Positions 52,928 through 64,000 of a stretch of DNA of 64,000 nt are shown one piece after another. The notes under the pieces were generated by a model. The model saw only the letters and a program-made list of their open reading frames with translations, searched no databases and had not been told where the DNA came from. The stretch's first letter is position 1, and each line of letters starts with the position of its first letter. The stretch comes from Guillardia theta CCMP2712. Taxonomy: Eukaryota; Protista; Cryptophyta. A program made the translations under genes and the position numbers. The stretch lies in the NCBI RefSeq assembly GCF_000315625.1, contig NW_005434626.1, forward strand, positions 383,448-447,447. Direction: 5' to 3'.

Positions 52928-55900
52928 TACCCTGAACCAGGAAAAAATCAAGATACGACGAGGGTCTTTCAGTCTTCTCTCCTCCTTCTGCGGCTCCATG
53001 ACTTTGCCTGCCCTGCCCTGCCCTGCCCTGCCCTGCCTTCTCTTCTTCTCTCTTCTTCCTATTATGAAGTGTCTCCTCCTTTATTTCCCCACCCTCCTCC
53101 TCCTCCACAAGTTCCCTCTGGCCATGGGCAGAAAAACAAGAGTGATGGGGCGCATGGTAAAAAGCTAAGGTCGAGTAAAACGATCCGGACAGAAATGAGA
53201 ATCGATCTGGGGAGGTTACGAAGTAAAAGAATATATGGTAGTGGGTGGAGGTCAAAAAGGTTGGGATGATATACACCTTGACCAGCCGCCGAGTTACTGG
53301 TATGCCACCCCTCACAGTATATATACCACATGCTGCCCTCCCCTTCCTCCCTCCCCTTCCCCTCCTTCCACCCTTGCAAACCCCTTCTTCCCGCCCCGTC
53401 CCCTCCTCCTCTTCCCGGCTCATTTGTCCTGTAGCGCTTTTCCTGACGTCTGTAGGCTACGCCCATCCTGGCGTACCTTTTGATGCCGTATAGAATCGAG
53501 CTCACTGCTGTTGCAGCGTCCATCATCGGATTGGTGATTCAACGGTACTGCCTGCCGGCAGGTACAATCATAGGAGAGTCGCACCTGCATGCAGGTTTGT
53601 AGTGATCGCTCAGTCTGCAATCGTAGATGGATATGCAAGGATTTCGTTTCCTCTGAATAGATGCTGCCATCCTGACTGCTTTCGTTCTCATTGTATGCCC
53701 AACCACATGGGACTCTGCGCGTATGACTTTGACGCAGCTCCTATGAAGATGCTGAGAGTGATGAGGCATTATCAGCATCAACAGCAAAGGTAGCGTTCTT
53801 GTATGAGCAGACTGCAGAGCACAAGCAAAAATGTATGGAGTGTAGGGGACATTGATTGGTTCAGTGCATTGCGCTGAGTGGGGGGGTTGAAGGGTGGGTG
53901 GTGACGGCAGGAGGAATCGATCTGGGGAGGTTACGAAGTAAAAGAATGTTTGATAGTGGGTGGGGATCAAAAAGGTTGGGATGATATACACCTTGACCAG
54001 CCGCCGAGTTACTCGATCAACACCCCTCACAGTATATATACCACATACTGCCCTCCCCTTCCTCCCTCCCCTTCCCCTCCTTCCACCCTTGCAAACCCCA
54101 TCCTCCATCCCTTCCTCCCGCCCCGCCCCCTCCTCCTCGCCCTGGCTCATTTGTCCTGTAGCGCTTTTCCTGACGTCTGTAGGTCAGGTCCATCCTGGCG
54201 TACCTTTTGACGCCGTGTAGCATGAGGCGACCGTACAGGATCATAGACCGTTCGGATGATCGTTTGGGTTTAGATGAAGCTCACTGCCATAGAATCAATT
54301 GGTGATTCAACGGTGCTGCCTGCCGGCAGGTACAATCATAGGAGAGTCGTACGCAGGTTTGTCATACACACAGCATTGACATACAAGAAAATGCACAGCT
54401 CTCTCTCTCAAGCTCGGACTCTCATTTGCCGAGTGCTGATCGATTGTATCAGAACAAGTTTCGTGGTGTAAGCTTCAAGTTGAGTCGCTCCATTGGACGT
54501 TTGTAGCGATCGCTCAGTCTGCAATCGTAGATGGATATGCAAGGGTTTCGTTTCCTCTGAATAGATGCTGCCATCCTGACTGCTTTCGTTCTCATTGTAT
54601 GCCCAACCACATGGACTCTGCGCGTATGACTTTGACGCAGCTCCTATGAAGATGCTGAGAGTGATGAGGCATTATCAGCATCAACAGCAAAGGTAGCGTT
54701 CTTGTATGAGCAGACCGCAGAGCACAAGCAAAAATGTATGGAGCGTAGGGGACATAATCGGTGCAGTGCATTGCGCTGAGTGGGTGGGTTGAAGGGTGGG
54801 TGGTGACTTCAGGAGGAATCGATCTGGGGAGGTTACGAAGTAAAAGAATGTGTGGTAGTGAGTGGGGGTCAAAAAGGTTGGGGTGATATACACCTTGACC
54901 AGCCGCCGAGTTACTCGATCAATACCTCTCACAGTATATATACCACATGCTGCCCTCTTCTTTTTTGCTTCCGGTCCCTCACCCTTCATCCGCCCGGGCC
55001 TAGGGCCTCCCCTGAGTCCCGCCGGCCTTTCAAGTTTTTAAGTTACCGTATCAGATTGGCCGTGAACAACTTTTCAGTAGTGAAGACCTATCACGATCAC
55101 CGGTAGACCGTGCGGCGGCCGCGGGACCGTGACTCCACGGCCCGGCCCGGGCCCGGGGTCGCTGAGCGGCCAGTGCAGTGTGCGCCGCCAGCCCGGGCGA
55201 TCTCACACAGTAAGCCTGTACTGCAAGGGCATGATAAAGCCCATTATTGCAAACTCAGATCTCAAGTGATGCATTTGCTCATGCCGCCCAACATAATTTA
55301 CCTGCAAAAACGTTCCGACCAGGGAGGTGCGAACTTCCCCATCAGCAACGCAGACCCTGCCGGCTCAAGCTACGCCGCATCAAAAATCCTATAGACGTCA
55401 GGCGAGATGAGTCAGGGCGAGGAGGAGGGACGGGGCGGGAGGAAGGGATGGAGGATGGGGTTTGCAAGGGTGGATGGAGGGGAAGGGGAGGGAGGAAGGG
55501 TAGGGCAGCATGAGGGTATATATACTGTGAGGGGTGGCATACCAGTAACTCGGCGGCTGGTCAAGGTGTATATCACCCCAACCTTTTTGACCCCCACCCA
55601 CTACCACACATTCTTTTACTTCGTAACCTCCCCAGATCGATTCCTCCTGCCGTCACCAACTTCAACTCACCCACTCAGCGCAATGCACTGCACCGATTAT
55701 GTCCCCTACGCTCCATACATTTTTGCTTGTGCTCTGCGGTCTGCTCATACAAGAACGCTACCTTTGCTGTTGATGCTGATAATGGCTCATCACTCTCAGC
55801 ATCTTCATAGGAGCTGCGTCAAAGTCATGCACTCAGGTCAAGTTGGTTGAATTGTAGCACTCAATGAGAACTAAAGCGGTCAGGATCATGGATGGCAGCA

Positions 55901-56733
55901 TCTATTCAGAGGAAACGAAACCCTTGCATATCCATCTACGATTGCAGACTGAGCGATCACTACAAACCTGCATGCAGGTGCGACTCTCCAATGATTGTAC
56001 CTGCCAGCAGGCAGTACCGTTGAATCACCAATCCGATGATGGACGCTGCGACAGCAGGGAGCTCGATGCTATACGGCATCAACAGGCACTCCAGGATGGG
56101 CCTGACCTACAGACGTCAGGCAAAGCGCTACAGGACAGATGAGCCAGGGCGAGGAGGAGGGACGGGGTGGGAAGAAGGGATGGAGGATGGGGTTTGCAAG
56201 GGTGGATGGGGAAGGGGAGGGAGGAAGGGGAGGGCAGCATGAGGGTATATATACTGTGAGGGGTGGCAGACGAGTAACTCGGCGGCTGGTCAAGGTGTAT
56301 ATCACCCCAACCTTTTTGACCCCCACCCACTACCACACATTCTTTTACTTCGTAACCTCCCCAGATCGATTCTCATTTCTGTCCGGATCGTTTTACTCGA
56401 CCTTAGCTTTTTACCGTGGCATGCGCCCCATCGCTCTTGTTTTTCTGCCCATGGCCAGAGGGAATGGAGGAGGAGGAGGGTGGGGAAATAAAGGAGGAGA
56501 CAGAAGGAGGAGAGAAGACTGAAAGACCCTCGTCGTATCTTGATTTTTTCCTGGTTCAGGGCGTAATGGTTCGCCTTGATGGCATGATGGTAGTGGAGTC
56601 TCAGCGTGGATATACCAGCCTCATTGCAAGTTCTCTTGATATTTCTTGTTAACCGTGATTCATCTTTTCTCCTCAGTCACCTGAATAATCTGTCGAGTTG
56701 CTGGGTTCGTCAGCTTTATCGACATCAGAAAGC
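52790..56733. repeat. Large imperfect inverted duplication (left arm ~52790-54958, right arm ~55392-56733) built from a ~720-bp tandem unit
   Basis: Core gaatcgatctggggaggttacgaagtaaaag...cctcacagtatatatacc occurs at ~53199, ~53915 and ~54817, and reverse-complemented at ~55510-55640 and ~56240-56372. Confidence 0.92.
56566..56733 (+). pseudogene. Frameshifted copy of the first exon (presequence) of the 52927 minus-strand gene
   Basis: Aligns to the reverse complement of 52790-52927 with several 1-8 nt insertions. Confidence 0.8.
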
Positions 56734-57320
56734 CGGCCCGGCGGCCCGCGGCGGAGCGGCCTTTCCGAAGTTCACTGACTTCAACCCCGCCTCAAAGTTG
56801 AACAAACCGACCGTGAGCACTCTTTCCAAGTTCACTGAAGGCGGCTGCTCAGCACATTTTAGCGGCGCCTGCCGGGGCCGCTCCGGCTGCTACGGCCTTA
56901 AGTTACTTGCTCCGAGGATGCCCAGCCCCGGCGCCGCAGAATCCGATCCTTGACTGCCGCCCGCGGCGGCGCGCACGGTGACCATGCTCTAACGTGGTTC
57001 AAGCCTGCCAGGCTGCCGCGTAATCATACCACTGAGTCTAGTCACAGTAGTCACTAGCCTAGTAGGCTAGCGTGACAAAGTCTTGCATCTGACCATTGCC
57101 ATTATGGCACTCGGGTCGGACTCCACTGGCCCGTGGCACGTTCAAGGCTTAGGAAGATCGAGACTTTCTCGCGGCCACCATTCGGACCAACACTGACATT
57201 CTTATCACTCACTTGCCGCAGTGCATCACGGGCACTGAGAGGCTCATTCTACTGTCCTCGGACGGTCCGATCGGCAGTGCCGCCACGGCACCCGGCCGCG
57301 CGGCATGATCAGATCATCGG
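56734..57320. promoter_or_regulatory. GC-rich island upstream of the coiled-coil gene
   Basis: Island vocabulary with repeated aagttcactga/aagttgaa. Confidence 0.4.
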
Positions 57321-57585
57321 ATGGCGGGGAACTTGTGACTTTGAAAGGTTCTTGAAAGGTTCTGTTTTCATTTTCAGTACTATTATCTTATAAGTTGAAT
57401 TGAAGTTACTACCGGGAAATGCTGGCGAAACGAAAGCCAGCTGGCGGCGGCGGCGGCGGCGGCGGCGGCGGAGGAGGAGGAGGAGGAGGAGGAGGAGGCT
57501 CGGGTGTGGGGAGGAAGCCAGGAGTGAAGGTGAGGCCGTCTTGAAGAATCTCTCTCGATCCCCTCACGTACGGTCTCGATGTTTG

Positions 57586-59403
57586 ATGACGATGATGGCA
57601 GCGTACTCCTTGGCAGGGCACGAAGCAGTCTGGGTTGAACAATACGTCGGTCAAGTCAGCAAGCAGAAGAGCATACGTACTGTTTCGTTGAGCTGTTCAT
57701 CTGCTGACATTTTTCTCTTGGCAACATGGGCTGCTTGTGAAGTCTCAACATCCAGACCCGCCGGCTGCAGAGCCCATGCGATCGCCTGTGCCAGAGCAGG
57801 AGAAGTTAGAGGAGCTGAGAGAACAAGTTGAGAGGCTTGAAACGGAGAAGTTGAAGTTGATAACAGCCATGGAAGCAGAAGAACGATGCATGCTTGAGGC
57901 GATCCAATCTCTCGAGACCAACAAGCGAGCTGTACAGCAAGAGCTTGACAGAGCCATGCAGAAAGTAAAAGAGCTAGAAGAGGATCGGTGGGATTTAGAC
58001 GACAGGTTGTCAGAAGCAACGTCAAGGGTGAAACAAGCTTCGTTGGATATGAGGACAGCAGAAGATAAAGCAGAAGAGATGCAAAAGAGAATACAATTAT
58101 TAGAGCGAGAGCTATTAAGAGAACGCGCCTCGAACGACAGATTGAACCAAATGCTACAAACCAAGACAGATGAAAGTCATGAAAAAGCTGAGATCATCAC
58201 GCAATTGGAATGTAAAAATACGCAAGTGATGGATGAGATGCTAGCATTGAATGATGAATTCAAGTCTACGAAGTTGGAACTGAAGGAAGTTCAATCAAAA
58301 CTGATTGTCAAAGATGAAAGAATCAAGGTATGATCTATATTCGATGTTTCTTCACCTCAAGTATGTCAAAGGAACTTGAATGTAAATTAGACAAGCTAGA
58401 AGAGGATCTGAACCAAAAAAACAGCTTCATCCGATCGCAGGAAGAAAAGAGTAACAATCGTCTTCTTGAAAGGGAAGAGACGCACCTAGAAGGTTGTTCA
58501 TCTTTTGATCATGTCGGATTGTGTTGCACTCACAAAATCTATGTTAGAAGTGCGACGATTAGAGGCAGCGATCCGTGCAAAGGAACGGGAACTACAAGAT
58601 TCGCAACAGGCATACAAGACCTCGAAATCCATCGCACTCCTTCTCTTCTGACATGTGGTTGACAGAAACATCAGACATGCACCCTGAGACTGAAGGACGA
58701 GCTGGAGAAGGAGAAAGACCGGAGGCAGGAAGCAGAGCAAAGGCATGTGGAGATGTTTCTCGCACATGCATATGACGTCGAGCAGGGAAAGTTCGCATAG
58801 AGCTCAGCTGATCGACTATGAAGGCAAAGCATCGAAGCTGAAGGATCAGGTATGACAGCATCAACATGTACTTGGCTGTGACATGCGCTGAAAGTTGGAG
58901 GAGAGCGCAAGAAGGGAGAAGAGTTTGATACAAAGCTTGCAAGAGACCACCAGCCGTTTCACGCAGATGATCGGAGAGAACTCTGTGCTCAAGTACAACA
59001 ACCAGTCGTTGGACGAGACCGTAAGAGCGAAAGAAGAGCAGGCGAAGCAGCTGCAGTCTGAAGTCTCCCACATGGAGGGTGTCCTCAGACAAGCCTTCAG
59101 CATCTTCACAACTCACGCATGCTCGGACAGTGACAGGTGCGGACGAGTCGGAGGTGAGAGGAGGTAACGGAGCAGCAGGTCGCCTCTTAACATCGAAGAT
59201 CTGGTGGAAGAGTCCTCTTTCCTGGAGTCTGAAGCGGGCATGCGGAAATTCTTGCCAGGTTTCGCCTGTCGTGAGATGCACAAACTGACTTGCTGGGGCT
59301 GAGCAGTTTGATGACTCTTGAGGACGCGGTAGTGAGATGTCGACGGGACAGGAGACGGCAGAGAAAGAGGAGAGAGTTAAGCGGGAGAGAACCCTTTACT
59401 TGA
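57586..59403 (+). CDS. Long coiled-coil (myosin-tail-like) protein, multi-exon
   Basis: Heptad-rich exons (KLEELREQVERLETEKLKL...) with short GT-AG introns. Start uncertain. Confidence 0.65.
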
Positions 59404-59509
59404 TTGCTAGATGTAAACAATATTGCAAGCGGCCTGGCCCCAGTCTTGAGCCAGTCGTTGAGTCTGCATTTCTTTCCTCCTGGACCCCAACACGACTTCA
59501 ACGAGTCGC

Positions 59510-61383
59510 TCACTTCTTGGCATACGCCTGAAATCTTGTCAAGGGAGCCGAGTCAAGAAACCAGCACTTGTTACCTGCTGCACGAGCGAGTACACGAGAA
59601 CTCCCGCCATGGCGATGGCGGATCCTTGACACCATCAACGTTAATCCTTCTCCACTCACTGACATTTCAAGTCACCAGTGATGCCGATGGGAGTCATGGG
59701 AGTGCCGAAGGCGATGGCAGTGGCGATGAGGATGACGACACGCTTGACAGTGTTGCCAACGGCCTGAGCGACGGGAGAGACGAGGCCGAGGACCTGAGCG
59801 CGGGTCATCTGCTAGCACCGGCAGGGCGACGAGGATACCTTGAAGGCGAACTCGTTGTAGGTGTAGAGGTACCAGCCAGACAAGGCAAGGGTGCTGGCAA
59901 GCTTGAACTGCGTCATGCCTGTACACCCCATCACTTCTAGGAGAAGAGTTTGCGGGCAGAACTCACCGGGCACCGCCAGGGCAGCGTTCCAGGCTCCCAT
60001 GATCTTCGGGCCTTCAAGCACAGCAGCCACAGGGACACAGATCTATCAAGATGCAGCTGTGAGTATGAAGAGACAAGTGAGAGATGCCGTTAACCAGAGT
60101 GGCCAACATGGTGACGACGGCGAAAGTGTTGGCTGAATCCATGTTCTCGCCCTGATCCTTCCCGCTCATGGCCATCTACACACGAGCAGGTCAGGGTGAG
60201 CACACGCAGCGATCTATCGACGTCACCTTCGAGAAGACGGCACGAGAAGCAAACAGAAGATTTGACATCATGGCAGCTCCAAAGCAAGCCCAGGTGAAGG
60301 ACAGCTGCAACTGGGTCAGGTCTGACTCAACACCCCCAACGCATCCTCACCTCCCCAGCAGAAGCGATGGCGACACCGGCACAGACTGGCAAGAGAGAAA
60401 GATACACTGGAAAGGCCATGATGGAGCCGGCAAATATGGCACTGAAGGCGAAAGAGGCTTCAGACATCGCGGCATCGCCTCGAGCTCAGCACCTGAGCAC
60501 AGCGGCGAAGACAGGCTCAGCAGCCTTGACGACATGGACGAAGCTGACAGCCCCCAAGCCCATCGACAAGACAGTGACGAGATGCCCGAACCCATGGAGA
60601 AGAGAGACCTGGAGCAAGAGAGTCAGAAACGCTCCTTGGCTCTCTCAGCTTGTCTTGCCTTCTGGAGGGCCTTCATGTTGGACTCCGACGGCTTGGGAAC
60701 CGGGCGGATCCCGATGGCCCACTGGGGAAGGAGCCAGAACCAAGCGACGATGAGCTGAGCAGCGGCAACGGTAGCATAGCACGGGAAAACGTTGAGCACT
60801 TGCTTGTTGGTGATGTTGTACCCCACATTGAGAGCGTACCAAGCGATGAAGTAGACCGCCAAGAGGGCAAGGTTAGTCTTAGGCTTCTCATCTCCTGCTG
60901 AAGCAGCGCTTGACGCCTTCAATGAAACCGAGCTGCGAGCCAAGGCTCCTGCTTGCGACGATACACTTCCTCCCTGCTGGTTCGCAGAAGCCGAAAAGGA
61001 CAAGCATGCGGACCTGGGCCTGCGACTACGGTATGAGTATACCTACCAGCCTTGCAATATCCTGCTTAAACAAGCCATTCGGCCTCTGGGATCTAGATCT
61101 ACCAACTACGCTCATGATCGCAATCTAGAATTCTTCACATCAATCATCGACTATCCTCGCACGGCTCATTCAACCAATGGGATCTCAGTCCCTCGCTTTC
61201 TCCATCAACAAACTCATGCTCAATCCTGCCTTCGGATCCACACCTGCTTGCTTGCGAGACATACCTGATGTCAGGAGTAGCTCTAGGCGCAACAAGAGAG
61301 TTGGTCGGGCGGACAAGAAGAGGCTGGAACGCAGCTGAGGACGCTGCCATGGTGGCGAAAAGCAGCACTCGAAGATGTGCCAT
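59510..61383 (-). CDS. Plastid triose-phosphate/phosphate translocator (TPT family) with bipartite presequence
   Basis: MAHLRVLLFATMAASSAA|F signal. YFIAWYALNVGYNITNKQVLN, VSFVHVVKAAEPVF, YLYTYNE, HAVGNTVKRV, GSAIAMAGVLVYS. Confidence 0.93.
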
Positions 61384-63179
61384 CTCACAACGACGTGGGA
61401 GGGATGGGAGAAGGAGGGAAATGTATGGAGGAGGGAGGAACGAGGGAGAGGGAAGAGAGACGGGAAGTAGGAGGGAGGGGATGAGAAGGGAAGGTGCCAC
61501 TGACTGGTGGAGACGGAGGGGAACTGGTGGGCGGAGGAGGAGGACAATGGGATGGGAGGACGTCGGCCTCCAGGGAACTTTTTGGCGGTGGGGGTACTGA
61601 TTCCAAGGGGTAGGGGTAGTAATTGGAAGGGGTGAATTCCCATATGGTAAATAGGGGTAGGGTGATAAAAGAGTAGTGCTCGGAAGTATGCAGTGATTCA
61701 TTAGTCCTTTACTTAGAAAAATGTTCACGTTGGACCCTGAGGCAGGGGGACAACGAATTCACCGTACCCCCATTTTCTATGACAGAGAGATGGAAATGTG
61801 GGGTAGTGTTGTCATCAGGGTAGGGGTACAGTCGAGCCGGGGGTGTGGGGTATTCGTCGTATATGGCAGGGGTGTAAGAACCAAAATGAAACAAGAGGGT
61901 GGGGGGTCATCAATTGCATCAATCGACTGGGAAAACGTGGGGTAAAAAATGGGAGAAAGGTAGGTGGGGTACATATGCTCCCCATCATGGTAGGGTTGCA
62001 TGACAAGCTACATTTTAGAGGGTGGGGTTTATGAGAAAATACCTGGACCACCCCTCCTTGATTCCGTTCCATGACCCACCCTTCATCATAGAGAATAGCT
62101 ACCCCTCACCAAGTACACCCTTTCCACACAGTGACCTACCCCTTGTGACCCAAAAAGATCCCCACCCTACCATGTCCGATTCCATGAATGTCCGGTAGGA
62201 CCCTATCACCCACCATGGACCCCGTCAATTTACTCTGTGGTCCTTTTAAAAAGTGGGGTACAACACCGGTCACCACCCACTTTCACAGAATCTACTACCC
62301 TACCCTCTAGAAATAATGCTCTCCACCCCCTACTTTACTACAAGTTTTCTCATTTTGGGTTGAGGGGTGGGTATGAGGCTTAGGAGTACCCCACCCGGTT
62401 TCTAGGAGACATCACATGATCTATGGGTAGGTAGTGAGAGGGGGCGAGGCTGAGGCGGGTCCCCATGGGGGCGGGTTCCTTACAACCCTCGATGGGAAAA
62501 GAGGGAGAATGGCATTGCAAGAACTAATAGAGGGTGGTGAAAGGAGGGGTGGTTGTTGGTGTCATGGGGGGTTAGCATTTCAGGTGGTGGGTACTAAGGT
62601 AAAGGGGTGGTCTCAGTTCAGTCCATGATGGCCCCGGGGCGGCATCAAACGAGGGATCACATGAGCGGCTCACTTGGGAAGGTGAAGGGGCTGTAGACAG
62701 CCGATCAGACCTGGAGACAGCGGGGGTTGTCCTGGGCCAACCGCAAGTAAGTTCCGAAGTTCGCGGGAAGGGGTAGGGTCTATCTGATCAAGGGGGTGGG
62801 GGTGATTGGACAAGGGGTGAAGCAACAAAACGACGCCAGGGACGTGCTTAAATATCTATCACCGGTGTATTTATGGGATAAAATGGGGGTAGGGGTAAGA
62901 ATCTCTCGGTTCTAAATGTCGCCCACCCCTCAGAACAAGAGTTGTAGCCGCTGCTGCTGCGGCAGCACAAGAATCACCTAGTTGGCGAAATCGATGCCCT
63001 CGGGCAGCACCAAAAGTCCGGGGCGGGCCACTAGTCATTGATCTCGGAATCCTACCGGGTAGGTAGTTTATTTACAATTCTTTTATAAAAACATACCTAC
63101 TGATGGTAATAATAGTTTTATATTTGTATGGCTTGCCAAATTCCAATAACTTTTAAAAAATTAGCGAGAAGCAGATGAC

Positions 63180-63650
63180 TCAGTGAGTCACTGGCAGTCT
63201 AGCATCGGCATCATGGCATTGCCACCACAAGTTGATGACATCTCATTCCCTTCAACTTGAGTGACTTAGTGATCAGCTGCAGTCACTGGCACTAAGTTCT
63301 GAGAGTCGGTGAAAGAGACCGTCGGGCCCGGCGTCCAACTTTCATGCCACTGAGTGACCGTGTCACAGGCCGGGGCTCAGCGGGGGAGTCGGATGCCGGG
63401 TGGCCGCGCCACTGCCATGATCCGATGATCATTGACGCCGGGTCACTCCTGACTCGGGGTCACTGTTGTCAGAGCCGCTACCGGATCAGACGCGGCCCGC
63501 GGCCTCAGACTGTGAACGTCTGGGCCACGGCCGCCGGACCGTGCCGGGACTCCGGTTGATGATCCGATGATCGGCCCACCGGGCCGGGCCGGGCAGACTC
63601 CGGAGCCGGGAGTCAACGGTCCGGGATCCGATCATCGAGTACCTTACCCG
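63180..63650. promoter_or_regulatory. GC-rich island upstream of the MYND gene
   Basis: tgactcagtgagtcactg and ccgg/gatc words. Confidence 0.4.
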
Positions 63651-63690
63651 AGTCAAGTCTTTCAAGGACGGTTTCACCAGCAGTTGAACC

Positions 63691-64000
63691 ATGTCCTGCC
63701 GGGCTTGCGGGGCAGCAGAGGCGAAGAAGCGATGCGGACGATGCCGAGCAGTTGCATATGTAAGATGATGACATGTAGACATGGAAATCTGTAGGATAGA
63801 TGAGCTGCATGAGGGAGGACAGTTGATGCACTAACAACTTCTGGTGCTTGTCTCACCTGTAGTTGTTAGGCTGAAATTTGTCTTTTCGCGTAACCAGTAC
63901 TCTTCATCTTAGTCCTTGCATGCCATGTCTCCCATTGTAATATTGCAGCTTGTGATTTCTCTCGTTCTCAACCTGAAACCTGCCGCTGTTCAGTGCTCGA
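63691..64000 (+). CDS. MYND zinc-finger protein, 5' part (runs off window)
   Basis: MSCRACGAAEAKKRCGRCRAVAY|gtaag...cag|CS at 63994, matching the MYND CxxC-CxxC-YCS pattern. Confidence 0.75.

Noticed and set aside
53196-56372. Repeated unit read as a CRISPR array or a repeated ORF family (GIYTVRG...TRRLVKVYI)
   Set aside because: The units are ~720 bp with no unique spacers and no cas genes. The ORFs differ in starts and frames between copies, which fits non-coding duplication.

Overview
This is eukaryotic nuclear DNA, gene-dense and intron-rich. Introns are mostly ~45-60 nt, or longer ones filled with purine/pyrimidine microsatellites, and several appear to use GC-AG splice sites. Signal peptides ending in AAF/AGF/AAW followed by transit-like peptides, plus the intron style, point to a cryptophyte such as Guillardia or Hanusia; this is an inference. 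About 23 genes were reconstructed by eye across introns: two SET methyltransferases, a GT32 glycosyltransferase, a PDZ protein, TMTC, a CHY/RING E3 ligase, a Myb/SANT-like ORF, an STN7-like kinase, a CRAL-TRIO protein, a Ubl-TCP11-Ubl protein, a TPH coiled-coil protein, a TKL kinase with six helical repeats, an EEP hydrolase, an SH3_15/ARM protein, a plastid phosphate translocator, a MYND finger and several hypothetical proteins. Three things stand out. (1) Two compact, strongly codon-biased micropeptide genes share an MFQxL start and an apparent 5'UTR intron; one is a ~6 kDa tyrosine-heptad peptide that could be an ejectisome-type structural protein. (2) GC-rich TGAGTCA/CAGTG/CCGG islands recur roughly every 7-11 kb upstream of genes. 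(3) A ~4 kb inverted duplication has a right arm peppered with short insertions resembling island vocabulary. All exon boundaries are manual estimates.
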